Source: Octopus bimaculoides
Lineage: Eukaryota
DNA: 64,000 nucleotides
Assembly: GCF_001194135.2 (NCBI RefSeq)
Contig: NC_068986.1
Coordinates: forward strand, 42,710,068 to 42,774,067
Reading direction: 5' to 3'
Part shown: positions 26,421-40,705 of the stretch, one piece after another
Numbering within the stretch: the first letter of the stretch is position 1
How the letters are laid out: every line of letters starts with the position of its first letter
Notes under the pieces: generated by a model
Databases searched by the model: none
Told to the model about the DNA's origin: nothing
What the model saw: the letters and a program-made list of their open reading frames with translations, nothing else
Program-made: the position numbers and the translations under genes

Positions 26421-28023
26421 CTGTACCAAGCTCTAGTCATTCATTTTACTAGCAACTGTATTTACATGAATCACTATGAAATTTTCAATGCGTTCAGGCT
26501 TACTGCTATTACTATAGTAACACTATGCCAGTTCTTTTGGACTGCTAACCTCATCTTCCTTGAAGAATTTCACTAAAACCTGAAAGATTCAATGTATCTG
26601 TTTTAATGAAGATATTAGGATGAGAGAGACCAGCTGCTATGTCCTGCAAGTACCATAATATTAAGTCAAATTGTGTGTGATAAGTAGCACACAGTTTACC
26701 TAGTTCTGAGAATGACTTTTTACAGGCCCTGTATTAAATATTAAGCTATTAATAGATACATCTTTCATTTTCAACATTATCAAGGGAACAAAAAAGAAGC
26801 TGTATGTGTGTGGGTAGGTGAGTGGGTGTTCTTTTTTATTGTATATTTTGTTCAAATTCCAGCCCTTTGCTCTCTGCATTTTGATATTTAACTGATTGGA
26901 AATACATACTTTATATTCCTTTATCCTATTGTTATCACAATAATGAATTCTTAATCATGTTTTTTAATACAAAAGCATCATCTCTTTCTCACACTATTGG
27001 TATTGTGGGAATTTTTATTTCAGATATTATGCACTTTTGGTTCTTAACTCATTTAATTTTGTTGCATCTCCATTTCTTTCCTTGGGCATTTTCTGCAATT
27101 TAAATTTTCTCTTTTTAATGATATTTAATTAATATTTTCTGATTTGGGTTTTCTGCCTACTGTTTGTTGTACTTTGCTTTTAGAAATCACGATTGTATTG
27201 CATATTATATTATTTAATTTATTATTTGTATTTTGGTTTAGTACAAGTAAATTCCTACATATACATTAATTTGAAGTTGAAGATAAGTTTCTGTTTTTGC
27301 TTCCTTTGTCTTTTAATTTTCTGTCTTATCATTTTTCTTTTATTTCTAATACATTAGTCAACATCTAATACACAGAGCTACATGCCTTCCTCCTTGTTAT
27401 CATCATTATAATGCAGTTAATTGGCAGAGTTGTTACAGCATTGGATAGAATGCCTTGCAGTATTTGTTCTGGTTCTTTGTGGTTCGAGTTCTATTCCCAC
27501 TAAGGTTGACTTTGTTTTTCATTCCTTTACGATCAATAAGTACAACAAGTACTCACTCTGTTTCTTTCCCTCTCCCCCTCTCTCACCTTCTCACCCTTCT
27601 TCTTTTTTGAAGAACCAAAACAGAGCTTTCACATTCCAGGCTTTATCAATCAATTCACTACCATCCTGTGGATTTGCTGAGAAAGAAATAAAGTATCACT
27701 ACCATCAGTCATTGCTTCACTTTTTTTTCTTCTTACTCACATGATCTGCCACTTCTCTTTTTATCCTATGTCATTTATAAACCCCAATGTTTTCATATAA
27801 TACAATTTCTTATACATCCCTTGGTCTCCATACATTGTCACCGTATGCCAATCTTTAATCAGCACAGCATATTTCCTTCAACAGATGTCATTCTTTTTTT
27901 TTTTTCTTTGTGCGACTCTTCTCCTGAACAGCTCAACTAATCCTTTTATTAGCCAGCCACTTCTTTTAAGTTCACTTACACTTCATCTTAAATGCAACTT
28001 TACAACCAACAAATCATATTTAG

Positions 28024-28243
28024 CCTTTTCTTACCATATTTATTTTGAAATGTACTGCCTTTATTTCAATTAATTTTGAAAATAATGAAGAATTTATTAA
28101 AATAAATTTGTCATTATTAAGTTGGTGTTTGGGGCATAAATCAATATGAAATTTTGATGGAATATTTTAATTTAGATCACCTTAAAAGAGGGACTTAGTA
28201 TCGTAGCACCAAGTATGGTTTCAAGATGGTTGGTAGCAAAAAG
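28024..28243 (+). mobile_element. piggyBac-like MITE, family 2
   Basis: ttag-ccttttcttacc ... ggtagcaaaaag-ttaa. The interior matches about 325-460 in reverse orientation. Confidence 0.55.
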
Positions 28244-29689
28244 TTAAAACTTTTTCTTCTCCCTCTTTTTCAGATCTTCCATATTCGATGCCAATGCTGC
28301 ATAACCATTCAGCATCACTGTTCTTTCCTATGCCACTTCAGTTATATTTCCCTTCACACTGAGAAATAATTCCTTTATTGCCTTTAGGATTACCCATTCT
28401 CAGAACTTCATCTGACTTATTCTTTTTTCAGTTACTGGTCCCTTTATTTTGAGTAGAGTATCGCCTATTGCTTGCACTGAAAATATTATATTGAATTATC
28501 AGTTTCTTCTCTTCATACTCCCTTGTAGTTTACCTTGTCTTGGATTTTAGCATTTGATATTTAGAATTTTTACTCTATAACATTCGCCAAGATTTGGAAA
28601 ATGCAATTTTGTTGAGCTATTTTTAATCTTCAATTGAAATTATGTCTTGCTATGTGAGCTGTTTTATTCTTACTTTATTTTTAAATCTCACTCTATAAAC
28701 CCAGTATATTAACAGTCTTATATTTGTGCACCATTGTTACTTTTCATCTATATCCAACCCTATGCTAATAAGATTATTGCTTACCTCTATCTTTCTCTCT
28801 TACTGCATACCAGCACTATTCCTATATCTTAACAACTTGGTTTCTTGCAAAGTCTATAAACAAATGGAAAACCATATAACATCCTACAGTATAGGCTAGC
28901 AATGGAAGCAGCATTAGTACCAAACAGCAATCTGTATATCCTACTTAATGTGGATATACTATAAGAATGTTATGATACTGTGGTATTCATCTTAAGAAAG
29001 TATCACATATAGATATATAATGTCAGTGGTAGATGAAAAATTTGCAGTACTGGCAATGAAACATTTAGATCATGTGATTTCTGCATATTTGCACATCATC
29101 ATCAGCAGATATCAAATATAACTGCATGCTAGCCAAACTTCACCTCTACTGGTATATAGAATAAAACAGTGACTTTTTTGGTCACTGGTGTCACAAATAG
29201 CTGGTGGGTTGAATTAAAATTAGTATTAGTGACACCAGCAACTGATTAGGCATTGTTTTCCTATATGTCACTAGAGGTGAACTTTGACTAGCATACAGTG
29301 ATAGTGGATACCTGTTACTGATGATGTGCAAGTATGCAGAAATTATATGGTCTAGCAGTTTCACCCCCATGGCAGGGCATTTTTTTGTCTGTTTCTATGC
29401 TTTTTAACACTATACATTTATATGAGATGCTTTCTCAAGACAAATATTGCAGTCTTAAGGTATTCTTACTTTATATCCATGTTAAGTAGGATATACTGAT
29501 TTCTATTTGTTAAGTTTATGTATTCCACTTAAACCAAACTTAGCTACACTTCTTGTTACATTTACTGAGTCTCACTTTACTTGTTCTTCTTTTCAAGAAC
29601 TGCATTCAAATGAATTTCCATTTCCAGAGATATATAGCTGTGGAACTTTTAGAATAAAGTTTAGCCAGCAGTTAGTCTGATTATTCATG

Positions 29690-30070
29690 TTTAGTTAGTT
29701 TAGTTTGGCCATCCTCCCAGATACTTTGATGTTTCATGTGAGCACACCATCCATCACAGTCCCCCATGCACATGCATGTTCTTAATTCATCAACATTTGC
29801 CATACCACTGTCCTGACGCAAGTTGTCCACATAGGTTAGATGTTTTCTTCCCCTGTTGATTCTTCCTTCAAATGACTGCCATAAGACCATTTAACGCAGG
29901 TTCTTCTGGGTGCCTGACGGAATGACCAGCAATTCTCATTCTTCTCTGTGGATCTTCTCAGTCACTTTGGGTAGAGCTTGACTAAGTTGCTCATTGGTTA
30001 AATCGGCTCCCCATGTAACATTCAGAGCCATTCTTAACATTCTTGTGTAGCAGTTTGTCTATTTTCAAAA
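29690..30070 (-). mobile_element. RTE-clade LINE 3' coding end
   Basis: CYTRMLRMALNVTW...RMRIAGHSVRHPEE...VLWQSFEGRINRGRKHLTYVDNLRQDSG. Confidence 0.8.
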
Positions 30071-31845
30071 ACTTATAATGTTAAAATTAACATACCAATT
30101 GACGGATCTAAAGTACTTTAAGGAATTTGAATATGAATGCTCTCTAAAATGTCATTTTCTTGAACAACTTTTTTTTAAACAATATTTATGATTCTCATTT
30201 AAATAACACTTAATGTTGCCCTTTTCTATTTTATCTTATAATTCATCAATTATAGTCACTCATGATATATTTTATGTGTTGTAGAAACATACCTGTGATT
30301 TTTAGATACAGCTATACTGCTATATTGTAACTTTAATCCTGCAGAAGTTATTGCTATGTTTCTTACATTCTGTAATAGTTTTTCCCTACATCAAGCCATT
30401 TCTCTTTGTTAATTGTAATTTGTGTCTTAATAAACTTGTGATCTAATTATAATTTTTTTAGACATTTTTTCTGTCTTTCTATTAATGTGTTTCCTTTGAT
30501 CTCCTGGTAATTAAACATCTTCAAGTCTTTATTAATTTTTTTAAAGTTATCTTCTTTACTGCTCCCATTAGCATTGTCTTTACGAAATGTGGTATCAGGT
30601 AGCTTACATTAATCAAAAAGAAATGAAGCATTTGTTGTGCATTTCATCAATGATATTTTATCTACTTGTATTGTTCATTTGCCTTTTAGCATGTATACAT
30701 CTCTATTTGTTGTTTTCTTCTTTCATTCCTATTGTACTATTCTTTTCAGTGTCTGTCCAGAATTTCATTCACATAATAATATATCAGATTTATTATTTTT
30801 ACTTTATTATTTTCATGTTATTGATTGGGTTTTTTCTGTAAGAGTTTACTGTTTTCTTCTCTTGCATTGAAACATTGATATAATAATGATGATGATGACG
30901 ATGATGATATGGAGAAAACATTTTACAAGATACTGAATAATTCTTGAATGAAAATTTTAGCCTACTTTTGAATTGCAAGATGGCTGCAAATTTCAAAACA
31001 TCTCTAATTATTTACTGCTCTGATTATTTACCTTCTAACAATTAAATTATTCTTTAACCTATTCACATTTTGAAAATTTTAGGAAACTTATGTAAAACTT
31101 CATTTATTGATTACTCTGTAAAACTTAATCCTACACAAAATGCCTATCCTTGAATTTATTTTTTGTATTGTGCTATATTTTATTCGGAACACTAGTTTTT
31201 GCTTTTAAATGCAATTTTCATCCAAGAGAGAAATATTTCATGCCAATTCTTTTCAATTGTAAATCAATTTCTCATTGGTCTTAGAATAAACCTGTTTTCC
31301 TCAAGGAATCTACTCTTTTGATTATATTATTTCTCTGATGAATTATATATTCATAATTTGATGAATTGAAAGTTAAAATTCTTGTATGATGTCCTTTCCC
31401 ATGAGTTGCCTCCAATGGAAATTCTTTTCCTACTCCTAGAGTACATTATTGTACTACACTTACAGCTTGTGGGGATTTTAGTAAAGTAAGAAATTAGGTG
31501 AATCATAAACTCCAGTAGTTGTTTCCTCTCTTGAATCATTCTAGAATGTGGAGAAATAGGAAATGAGCTGACAAAATAGAGAGATTACTACTTTCATTGA
31601 AAAACATCTTTAAGTGTTTGTGCTGCATGTTTTAGAATTGGAGTGATTTATTCCTAAATACATCACTCAGTTATATTTGATTGCTGCTATGTATTCATCA
31701 TAAGCTATATTTATCATATTTTCAATGGTGCATTATTTTTTATATGGAATTTTCTTGATATCTAGTTTTTCACTTTTATTAATGGAAGCAGTTATTATAC
31801 TTAGCATGTTCTTGACTTCAGCAATTAACATTAGTAAATGTTTAA

Positions 31846-32053
31846 CCCTTTAGGATATCTGGCCAAACTATTCTTCCTGTTTTATGTTCAAATCAGCTAG
31901 ATCTGGCCTCTCACATCTATGCTACAATGTTGTTCTTAAAATAAACAATCACATCATCAAAATCCCATAGCAATAAGGTTAATGCGTGATTAATTCATAA
32001 CAACGTGAATAGATAAGTATTACATTTAACAGAGAAGTCTGAATGCTAAAGGG
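31846..32053 (+). mobile_element. piggyBac-like MITE, family 1
   Basis: TTAA-ccctttagga ... gaatgctaaaggg-TTAA. Confidence 0.85.
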
Positions 32054-32084
32054 TTAAATGTTTAAGATGAGTTGTTGTCATTGA

Positions 32085-32575
32085 TATAACTCTAACTCAG
32101 AATTGTTAGCACTCCAGGCAAAATGCTTAGTGGAATTTTGTCCATCTGCACATTTCTTAGTTCAGATTCTGCTGAGGTTGACTTTGCATTTCATCCTTTC
32201 AGGGTCAACAAAATAAGTACCAGTTGAGCACCTGGGTCAATTTCATTGACTTAACCCATCTCCCCAAATTGCTGGCCGTGTGCTAAAATTTGCAACCAAT
32301 ATAATTATGACTCTACTTTTTAGGATTATTAACTGCATGTTTATTTAAGATATTGATTACATTTAATCTAGACACAAGCCTGGCAGTTTTGAAGGGAAAG
32401 GGTTAGTTAATACCATTGGGCCCAGTGCATAGCTGATACTTTATTTTATTGATTTCTGATGGGTGAAATGCAAAGTTGACTTCAGTATCATTTCAAATCA
32501 GAATGTACTGAAATGAAAGAAATATCACAAGGCATTTTTTCTGATACTCTATCAATTCTGCCAATCTGCTGCATT
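32085..32575. mobile_element. Inverted pair of Nin-like SINEs
   Basis: + copy at about 32085-32300 and - copy at about 32375-32575. Confidence 0.7.
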
Positions 32576-33055
32576 AATATGTACACAGTATGTTGAGTAT
32601 TTTAAACTGTATCTTATAGCTGATGTGCATACTGGATTTGAACTAAGAATCAGTACTGCTAAACTAAAGCTCGTAAAATTCCTGTTACTCATAGCTCAGA
32701 ATGATTTATGCACTCTTAGATTTAGCTTGAATCCACACTGGAACTATGTGTACATGCAGGAGTAAGACACCTAATGAGTATCAGAAATCAACCAATTAAA
32801 ATGATATGTAGACATTGATATTGTTAAAATGTGGTTCATTTCTACAGATTAAGTTATTAGTTTGAAATTTGTTTCTAACGAAAATAATTGTTTTTCAAGC
32901 CACTAAATTATTTAATGAAATTTTGTGGCTTATAACCAATTTACAAACCAAATTTCAACTGGTACATCTATAAATACAGTCAAATTGCTTGTTATTATAC
33001 TTATCACCAACCTTGATAAATGTCTTCTTTATGATATGAATTGTGAACTTTTCAG

Positions 33056-33279
33056 GAGAACTCTATAATGACTAATACTGCATACCAAAGACAGAGAGAA
33101 CTAACTGAGAGTAAGATTTTAAAGTTGCAAGGAAGTATCCAAGGTTTAACTAAAAGTGCAAACCCATTGGGTAAGATAATGGATTACATTCAAGAAGATC
33201 TAGATTCTATGCACAAAGAGTTGAACCAATGGAAAGGAGAAAAGCTAGAATACAGATTAGCTTTGAAAGAAGAGAGAGA
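33056..33279 (+). CDS. TRAF3IP1: TRAF3IP1/IFT54 penultimate exon, ENSIMTNTAYQ...SANPLGKIMDYIQEDLDSMHKELNQWKGEKLEYRLALKEER
   Basis: Acceptor ttttcAG|gag and donor ga|GTAAGT; phase 0 to 2. Contains the conserved IFT54 coiled-coil signature PLGKIMDYIQED. In frame with the 13212 exon. Confidence 0.95.
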
Positions 33280-33673
33280 GTAAGTATTCATTATACGTAT
33301 TCTATGTCTTATAATTATGTATATATTGATGAAATTTTCGTAGAATGTGCTTTATAGTAGATATAGATAATTGTATGTTATCTACAGCTTGCTCACAGCA
33401 ATCAAATAAAACTTTGCATATTTATGTGTATTTAATTCTACTATTTCATATTTGCAATGCGTTCCTTGCTCCATCATATAATTAAATTTATGCTGTTCTA
33501 TTTATTTAATCTTTTTCTCTTAAAGCAAAATATGTCCTACTGCTGTTTCTTGGTTAATTGAACTGTTTCTATGTAGTTTCTTGCATTCCTTTATATACAG
33601 AAAATGAATCAAGTTAACTGCTGATACATTCAATTAATACCCAATTTACATAAAAATATTTTCCTTCACTTAA

Positions 33674-33893
33674 CCCTTTAGCATTTAAACTGGCCATCTC
33701 TGACCCAAATATTCTACTTGTTTTATGTTCAAACCAGCCGGATCTAGCCTCTCACACCTACTCTACAATGTCATTCTAAAAATAAACAATCACATCATAG
33801 AAATGTTAATGCTACAAAATAATGGATGATTAATTCATAGCAGTATGAATAAATAAGTATTACATTTAACAGAGTAATCTGAATGTGAAAGAG
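33674..33893 (+). mobile_element. piggyBac-like MITE, family 1
   Basis: TTAA-ccctttagcatt ... gaatgtgaaagag-TTAA. The interior is collinear with 31846-32053. Confidence 0.85.
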
Positions 33894-35777
33894 TTAAACT
33901 TTTTTTTCAGTCTTTTCTCCCCCCACCTTCTACCCTGGCTTGTTCTCCCACCAAAATACCAGTAACTCACACTCTGAGGCTCAAATTTCACATTGTCTGT
34001 AGAACTACACTTCTGTATAATATTTATGAATGCATTCCCAATTATTTCTATTGGCTCATCTTAAAATAGTTCTTCAGTTAACTTATACAACTGTACCTTT
34101 ATGTATCTGTACATTTATGATCTAGTTGATTTAGTTGAGTCCAAGATTTACTGGTTTTAATATTAAGAAGCATTAGAGTGTTAGTTTGGCAAAAACCTTT
34201 TAGCACATCAGACTCAATGACTTATGATATAAAAAGTTATTTACATTCAAATCTTGCTGGTTCATAATGTATCAGTCAAGTACTTGGGTTAATATAATTG
34301 ATTATACTGACCTTTAAACTTTCTAGTTATGTCCCAATGTTAGTTAGTAGTATCATGAAGCATATTTAAATGTTTTCATGTAAGTTATAATAAATATTTC
34401 TATCACTCAGATATATGAGTCTCAGATGTCTTAATATAATTAGACTGTCTGATTCTCAAAATCTTTGGATTAATTTGTATTTGAAGAATAGTAGTAATTG
34501 ATCAATATGTAATGATGCTGCATTTATAAAAATGTATTGTTAAAAGCAATTTATAACCAAATTCAGATGGCTGAATAATCAAGATTTCCCATTAGTCTTG
34601 ATCGTCACATCTTCATATCAGATTGAGGAGTGAGTCACTTATTTTATTACTTGAAGTTGTCTATCCAAGCCATCTATCTATAGCTCTAGAATAGTTGGTG
34701 TTGGGAAGAGCATCCAGCTGTAAAATCCCTGCCAAAACAGACACAGTATCCTTAGGTAGATTCTCTACCTGGCCAGCTCCTTTCAACTGTCCTACCTATG
34801 CATACATGGTAGATGGATGTTAAACAATGATGATGATGATGATATATATAAAATTAAGTTTTGTTGGCAATTTTACAATCAGGAAGCAGAGGATGAGGTA
34901 TAAACAAACAGTTGTGAAAATATTTACTTCAATCACAGGTATAAATAATAGAATTCGCTTCCTGTTTCTTGCACACATATACACATTTACACATACACAC
35001 ATACTAGGAGTGCTGCCATTTATTTTCTCATATTTTCTTTTGGTTTGTTAAATAAATAATAAGTGCCTGATTTAGTTTTCATTAATATCATAAGATTTTA
35101 TAGAAGCTATCAGTAAAAAATCAGTTTCAGATTATCTGGCAGTTTTCATTATATTAATTTTTTGTATACATTTCATTTCTTCGTTTATTGGCTTAAGTTA
35201 TTTTAAAATCAAATCTGATTATTACTTTTTTTATTTAATTGATAAGAAGTAAATATAGTTTTTAAGTTTTTTTCCTTAACCATTTTGATCATTTTTGCCA
35301 TCTTCTCCCTCATTTATTATTATGATCGTCCCGTTGTTATTATTTTAGTAGTATTTGTAGTTATAGTAGTTATTGTAGTATTGTAATAAGTTTCTTGAAA
35401 TATTTTTTTTGCTCTATATAAATTGGTCTGCTTGTGTTGTATAAAAGATCTGAATTATAGTTTTTATCCATCACAATAATATGTAGTTATTCAACTGTCT
35501 GTATCATCAGAACACACCACAATAGCCTCAGGGAAAAGACAATAAATAAAATTGAAATTTCCTTCTCTATTTTCTTTTAGTTTACTATCAGTTCTATAAA
35601 TTACAGAGTAGCATCATTGATTTTATATTTTGTTTTAAGGTTTTGTATGACAACTTGTAAAATAGCTTAATCATATTGTTCATGAATTCTACTGATTCTA
35701 AAGAATAATTTGTTGGCCCTTTCTTTTACATGAAAACAAAAAAAAAATGAGTCTGAGAAAATTGACTGATGTGTTTA

Positions 35778-36170
35778 TCTTTTACTTACTTCAGTCATTT
35801 AACTGTGGCCATGCTGGGGCACCACCCTGATAGGTTTTTTTAGTCAAACAAATCAACTCCAGGACTTATATTTTTTTAAAGCCTGAAACTTATTCTATTG
35901 GTCTCTTTTGCTAAACCACTAAGTTATGAGGACATAAACACACCAACACCAGTTGTCATGCAGTGGTGAGAGACAAACATGGACACACACACACACATAC
36001 ACACATATATATGACAGGCTTCTTTCAGTTTCCATCTACCAATCTACTCACAAGGTATTGGTCAGCCCAAGGCTATAGTAAAAGACACTTGTACAAGATG
36101 CCATGCAGTAGGAATGAACTCAGAGCCATATGGCTGGGAAGCAAGCTTCTTACCACACCGCCGTGCCTGT
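35778..36170 (-). mobile_element. tRNA-derived SINE family A
   Basis: Matches 44652-45060 end to end, including the internal (CA)n. Confidence 0.85.
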
Positions 36171-38084
36171 AAAAGTTGTAGTGAAGTACATGTTTTTTGG
36201 TGCTGTTTGTATATTGTGGGAGCGGAATTTCATGTTGTAGGAGTGACCTCTTGTCTGAGAAGAAGAAACAGTTTGAGGAATGAAACAAGGATATATTTAT
36301 TAATAACATTCATTTCTTTTCACTGACCTTTACATAAGTATAGCTGTAGATGTTACTAGTACTTGTTTTGTCATTTCTAGTGGAACAAAGGAAGAAGTTC
36401 TTGTACAGCATGTTTTGAAAATGAATCTGTGAAGTTCTGAAGTAGTTCTAGTCATAAAGTATTTCTGTAATTCTACAGATCACTTTCTGACATACAGTAT
36501 TGGTAAATTCTCTTGGTACTGGTTTCATAATTAATGTTATTTTTATTGTATGACTTCATTGAAATGTCTTTTAGGGGAATTTATAACATACATATAGCTG
36601 TTGCACTGATTAACAAAGTGAATTATTTTTATTTATAGATGTACTATACAACTAACAACAAATGTGCTTCATTTGAGTTTCTTTCAAATTCCAAGAATTT
36701 CAGTGAGATTTCATTGTGTAGCCTAACATGGCCGTCTTGCAGCTGGTGTTGTTTTTGTTTAAGCTTTCGTTCACTCTGAATGAGCTGACCTATAACCAAA
36801 GGCAGTCCAGCTGTAACTATACCACTTTTATTTTAGGCAGTGATGTAGGACTCTGGTATTTGTTATGTAATTTCTTTTTTTAATCCAATAGGATAGAAGT
36901 TGAGTAAGATTTGGCTATCAATGCTAGTCACTTGAGCAACCATATAGAGGCTCCATACAACTGGTAGTTTATATTTCAGGTTGATAAAAAGACCCATTAT
37001 GAAATGTACTGTAGAAAAATATAAGCAAAAATAAATAAATAGAATTGATATGTTCCACTCCTATCTAATTATGCTACAGAATGATTTGAAGCCTCTTGAA
37101 TGCTCATTACACATTGCTAATTCAATTGTGCCTATTCAAATGAGGGCCCCTTAAATGATTGCTAAGAATTCACTTGCTCCATGTTTATTCTAGCATTCCT
37201 AATATGATCATATTTCTATCTGTTCCCTGCACATTTTGTTCATCAAGCAGCTTAATAAATTCCATTAATGCCTGCTCATACTTTTCCTCTTAACATTTTC
37301 ATTCTTCACTAATTGCTACTCTTATACTGTTCCACTCAGCCCTCCAACCAATACTATGATTTTTGTTATAAGTTACCTCTCATTTTACTTTTTTCTTGCT
37401 TTTCTTTTTTAAATTATTCTTTTAACAATTTGTTTTCTAGTTGTCCATTTTAGTTATTTATTTATTTATTTACTTTTTTTATTCAGTGAAATCATATTTA
37501 TCAAATGTCATAAATTGAATTAGGGATGTACTTTGGAAATACACGTCAATTCTGATTCACTGTTTTATTTTATTAGTATCTTATGGTAAACTAGTTGTGA
37601 AGCAGTATTTAGAGCATCCAGTGCAGAAGAGGATAGTATATTCAAGGGTGGACTGGACTGAAAATTTCTGCTGGAAAAACCATGTAAAAGAATTCACTGA
37701 ATGCTTAGATATTATAAAAAAGACAATGGTTTTAAGCTGGCTAATAAACTGCTACATTTTGAAATTGTACTTGTGTTTCAAAACTGAAACAACTACATTG
37801 TTCAAGAGCCATTTTGTTATGCATAAAAGTGTTAAATTAAGTTTAAGTTAAAATTTAATTCATGAGGTGTCAAACTTTTGCTATGTAACTACAACCTTGT
37901 CTGACACAGAGTTGCAGTGGGACTGTGTCAGTGATCAGGTCTCAGCTGTACGACAAGAATTTTGAAACTTCATGACATAAATCTAGAATGAATTTAACAG
38001 CTTTGTGTGTTGCGAGATGGTTGTTCTATGAGGTAATTACTTGTTACATTTCATCCATATTTTATTCATGAGCATTAAATAAAG

Positions 38085-38468
38085 ATAGGTGTATGCTGTG
38101 TGGTTAAGAAGTTTACTTTGCGACCACATGGTTTCAGGTTTGGTCCTACTGTGCAGAACTTAGTCCAAGTGTCTTCTATTATAGCCCCAGGCTGACCAAT
38201 GCCTTGTGAGCAAAATTAATGGACACAAACTGTGGGGAAACCGGTCATGTGTGTGCTTGGCTGTCTGTATGTGTACCCCACCACTTGATAATGTTTTGGT
38301 TTGTTTATATCCCCATAATGTAGCTGTTTGCCAAGAGAAACTGATAGAATAAATATCAGACTTTAAAAGAAAATTAAGTACTGTGCTCAATTTGTTTACT
38401 TTAACACTTAATGGTAGTGCCACTGCATGGCCACAGTTCAATGATGAAACAAGTAAAAAATAAAAGAT
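38085..38468 (+). mobile_element. tRNA-derived SINE family A
   Basis: Head gctgtgtggttaagaag...ggtttcaggtt, box caagtgtcttctattatagcc, tail gaaacaagtaaaa. Confidence 0.85.
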
Positions 38469-38961
38469 AAATATAGATAACTCATGAATTAAAATCTTTA
38501 TCATGAAACAACCAATTTGTGTTTTATAAAGCGATCTAGGAAACTGCTTGTTAAGTTTTTCACAAGAAAAAGAATATCATCCACAGAAACTACTGCAAAT
38601 CTTCTATGATATTCATCTGCATAAAAGTTGTGTGCGTTTCATTTGATAGCATGGAGCATCAATGAGTTATAGCTATTTTTCTTTAGCTTTCTGAACATAG
38701 GCTTGCAACTGATTTCAGTGAACGATAAGGTTAAAAGATTTATAATCTAAGAGAAAAATTCAAGTGTGCAATGAATAATCATATAAACTACAAAGATAGT
38801 AGAGCAGGCATTTCTTACTGGACTTTCCAGAAGTGCAACATGAATTTGAATTGTGCAGAGTTCTGATTCAAAGGGTTTGTTGCAAACTCTTCAAAGGTTT
38901 TGAAATGCAGTCAAAGTTTGGGATAAAAGCAATCTTCATCGAATGAATGAGAACCTGTATG

Positions 38962-38999
<38 letters not shown>

Positions 39000-39000
<1 letters not shown>

Positions 39001-39900
39001 AATATGTGACACCTACTTATTTGGTAGCCATGATAAAACTCTGAGTTCCGGATGCCGGGGCGGAAACCCATGCCACCATCTCTTCAGTTATCTGACCATT
39101 GGAAATTCCTATGAAAATGACCGTTAAGCAAGGGGAAATTACTGTGTGGTTGACCGTTATTAAGACAAAAGAGCTATAGACCGCTAAGTAAGGGGAAGGA
39201 GTAAAGGTAAGGGGGTAAAAGAGTAAAAAGGTCCATAGTATTCGTGTAAGCGCACCAATCCGTACATGCGCCTATATGTATATACTCAAACTACCCTTGC
39301 TTGAAACACACACATGCTCACCCACACATTCGCGATGTGTATGTTTCCCTAAGTTTCCCTATCTCTAACCAAAATCACCACAAGATTTTCTAATAGAAGT
39401 CTACAAACCTATATACACACACATAGCCATATATTTATATACAAGCAGGTTAAAAGACCTTATTATTTCTCCATTTTTATATTTTTATTTTTAATTTTTA
39501 ATTTTTAAATCAATTTTTATGTTTATTCCCATTTCTATGCATGAGTATATACACACCTGTCATAACAGCCCACTTTTGCATATATCCATAGGCCTACAAC
39601 AATATTCTATAAAATACCCATATTTGAAACAGAATTGAAGAAATATTTATAAACACATAGCCCACAAACTCTACCACCATAAATCACAAAGGTTAAAATT
39701 TCTTTATCACAACATACCCTACAACATAATTACCACTCACTCAAACCCAAATAGCCAAGGAAGGTTTTCACTCAACAGAAACTATGTAAAACCAAGATTA
39801 ACTTCACTGTATCACTGTCTAACAACAGATTAGCTGGCCAAAACTTTGAAGTCACTGTCAATAAATACTCTTATTTGAGAATAATACGTTTGTATTCTGC
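39000..39900 (-). mobile_element. Decayed Penelope-like 3' end: GIY-YIG C-terminal remnant plus pLTR with hammerhead motif
   Basis: Minus strand near 39600-39760 reads TFLGYLGLSE and GGRVCGLCVYKYFF, like the T.LS.YIW.LK and CNLCL.EK..I motifs of Penelope endonucleases. The HHR motif at 39032-39092 lies downstream on the same strand. Confidence 0.5.
39032..39092 (-). ncRNA. Type-I hammerhead-like motif with one core substitution
   Basis: gataa-CTGAAGA-gatg...catc-c-GGAA-CTC(a)GAG-TT|ttatc. 5-bp helix I; GGAA instead of GAAA. Confidence 0.55.
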
Positions 39901-40660
39901 ATAAGTATGGAGTAATCCATCAGATTAATGTAAAACTGTTTTCATTATAACTGAAAATAAATGAAAACATTAATATATACATACATCTAGTTGAACCATA
40001 CATATATGATGTGCCGGTAACTCACTGAGTTAGCTTTCTTTTATATGCATTAATTTGTGAATACACAATTGTATTATATAATGCTCATTATACATATTGA
40101 TGCTAACATATGCATAAGACTTATTTGCATACTGAAATTAATACTACATGATGAAGGTGATAAGCAGTTGCTGTCATATAGAAGTCATATGGATAAATAA
40201 TTCTACATACACCTCTCACATGTCCTGACATTATTCTTTATATACATATATATATATGAATATATATATATATCCATATATAGAGAGATTATATATAAAA
40301 CGTCACAAAATATACCCATAGTTATTCAAAGCTCAATAACAGGTTGTTAAATACAGTATGTTATGACATTATAGTAAATATAATCATCTAAATCAATCCA
40401 TAAGAGTAATACATATTTAGAATAAAAAACAGGCAAATATAATTTCACAGATATATCATAATTTTATGATGCTCAACAGCTGTTTCATTAGGAATAAACA
40501 TAATTAATTCAGTAGTTACATAATTCAGATAGATGATTAATATAACTTAATTTAGATTAAATTATTTTAGAGCAATGTTTTTCCAAAATCATGTGGAATA
40601 TTATGAACTATACAGGTCATAGATTCTTGCTGGTTTAAATATGAGATAGAGAGAATATAA

Positions 40661-40705
<45 letters not shown>

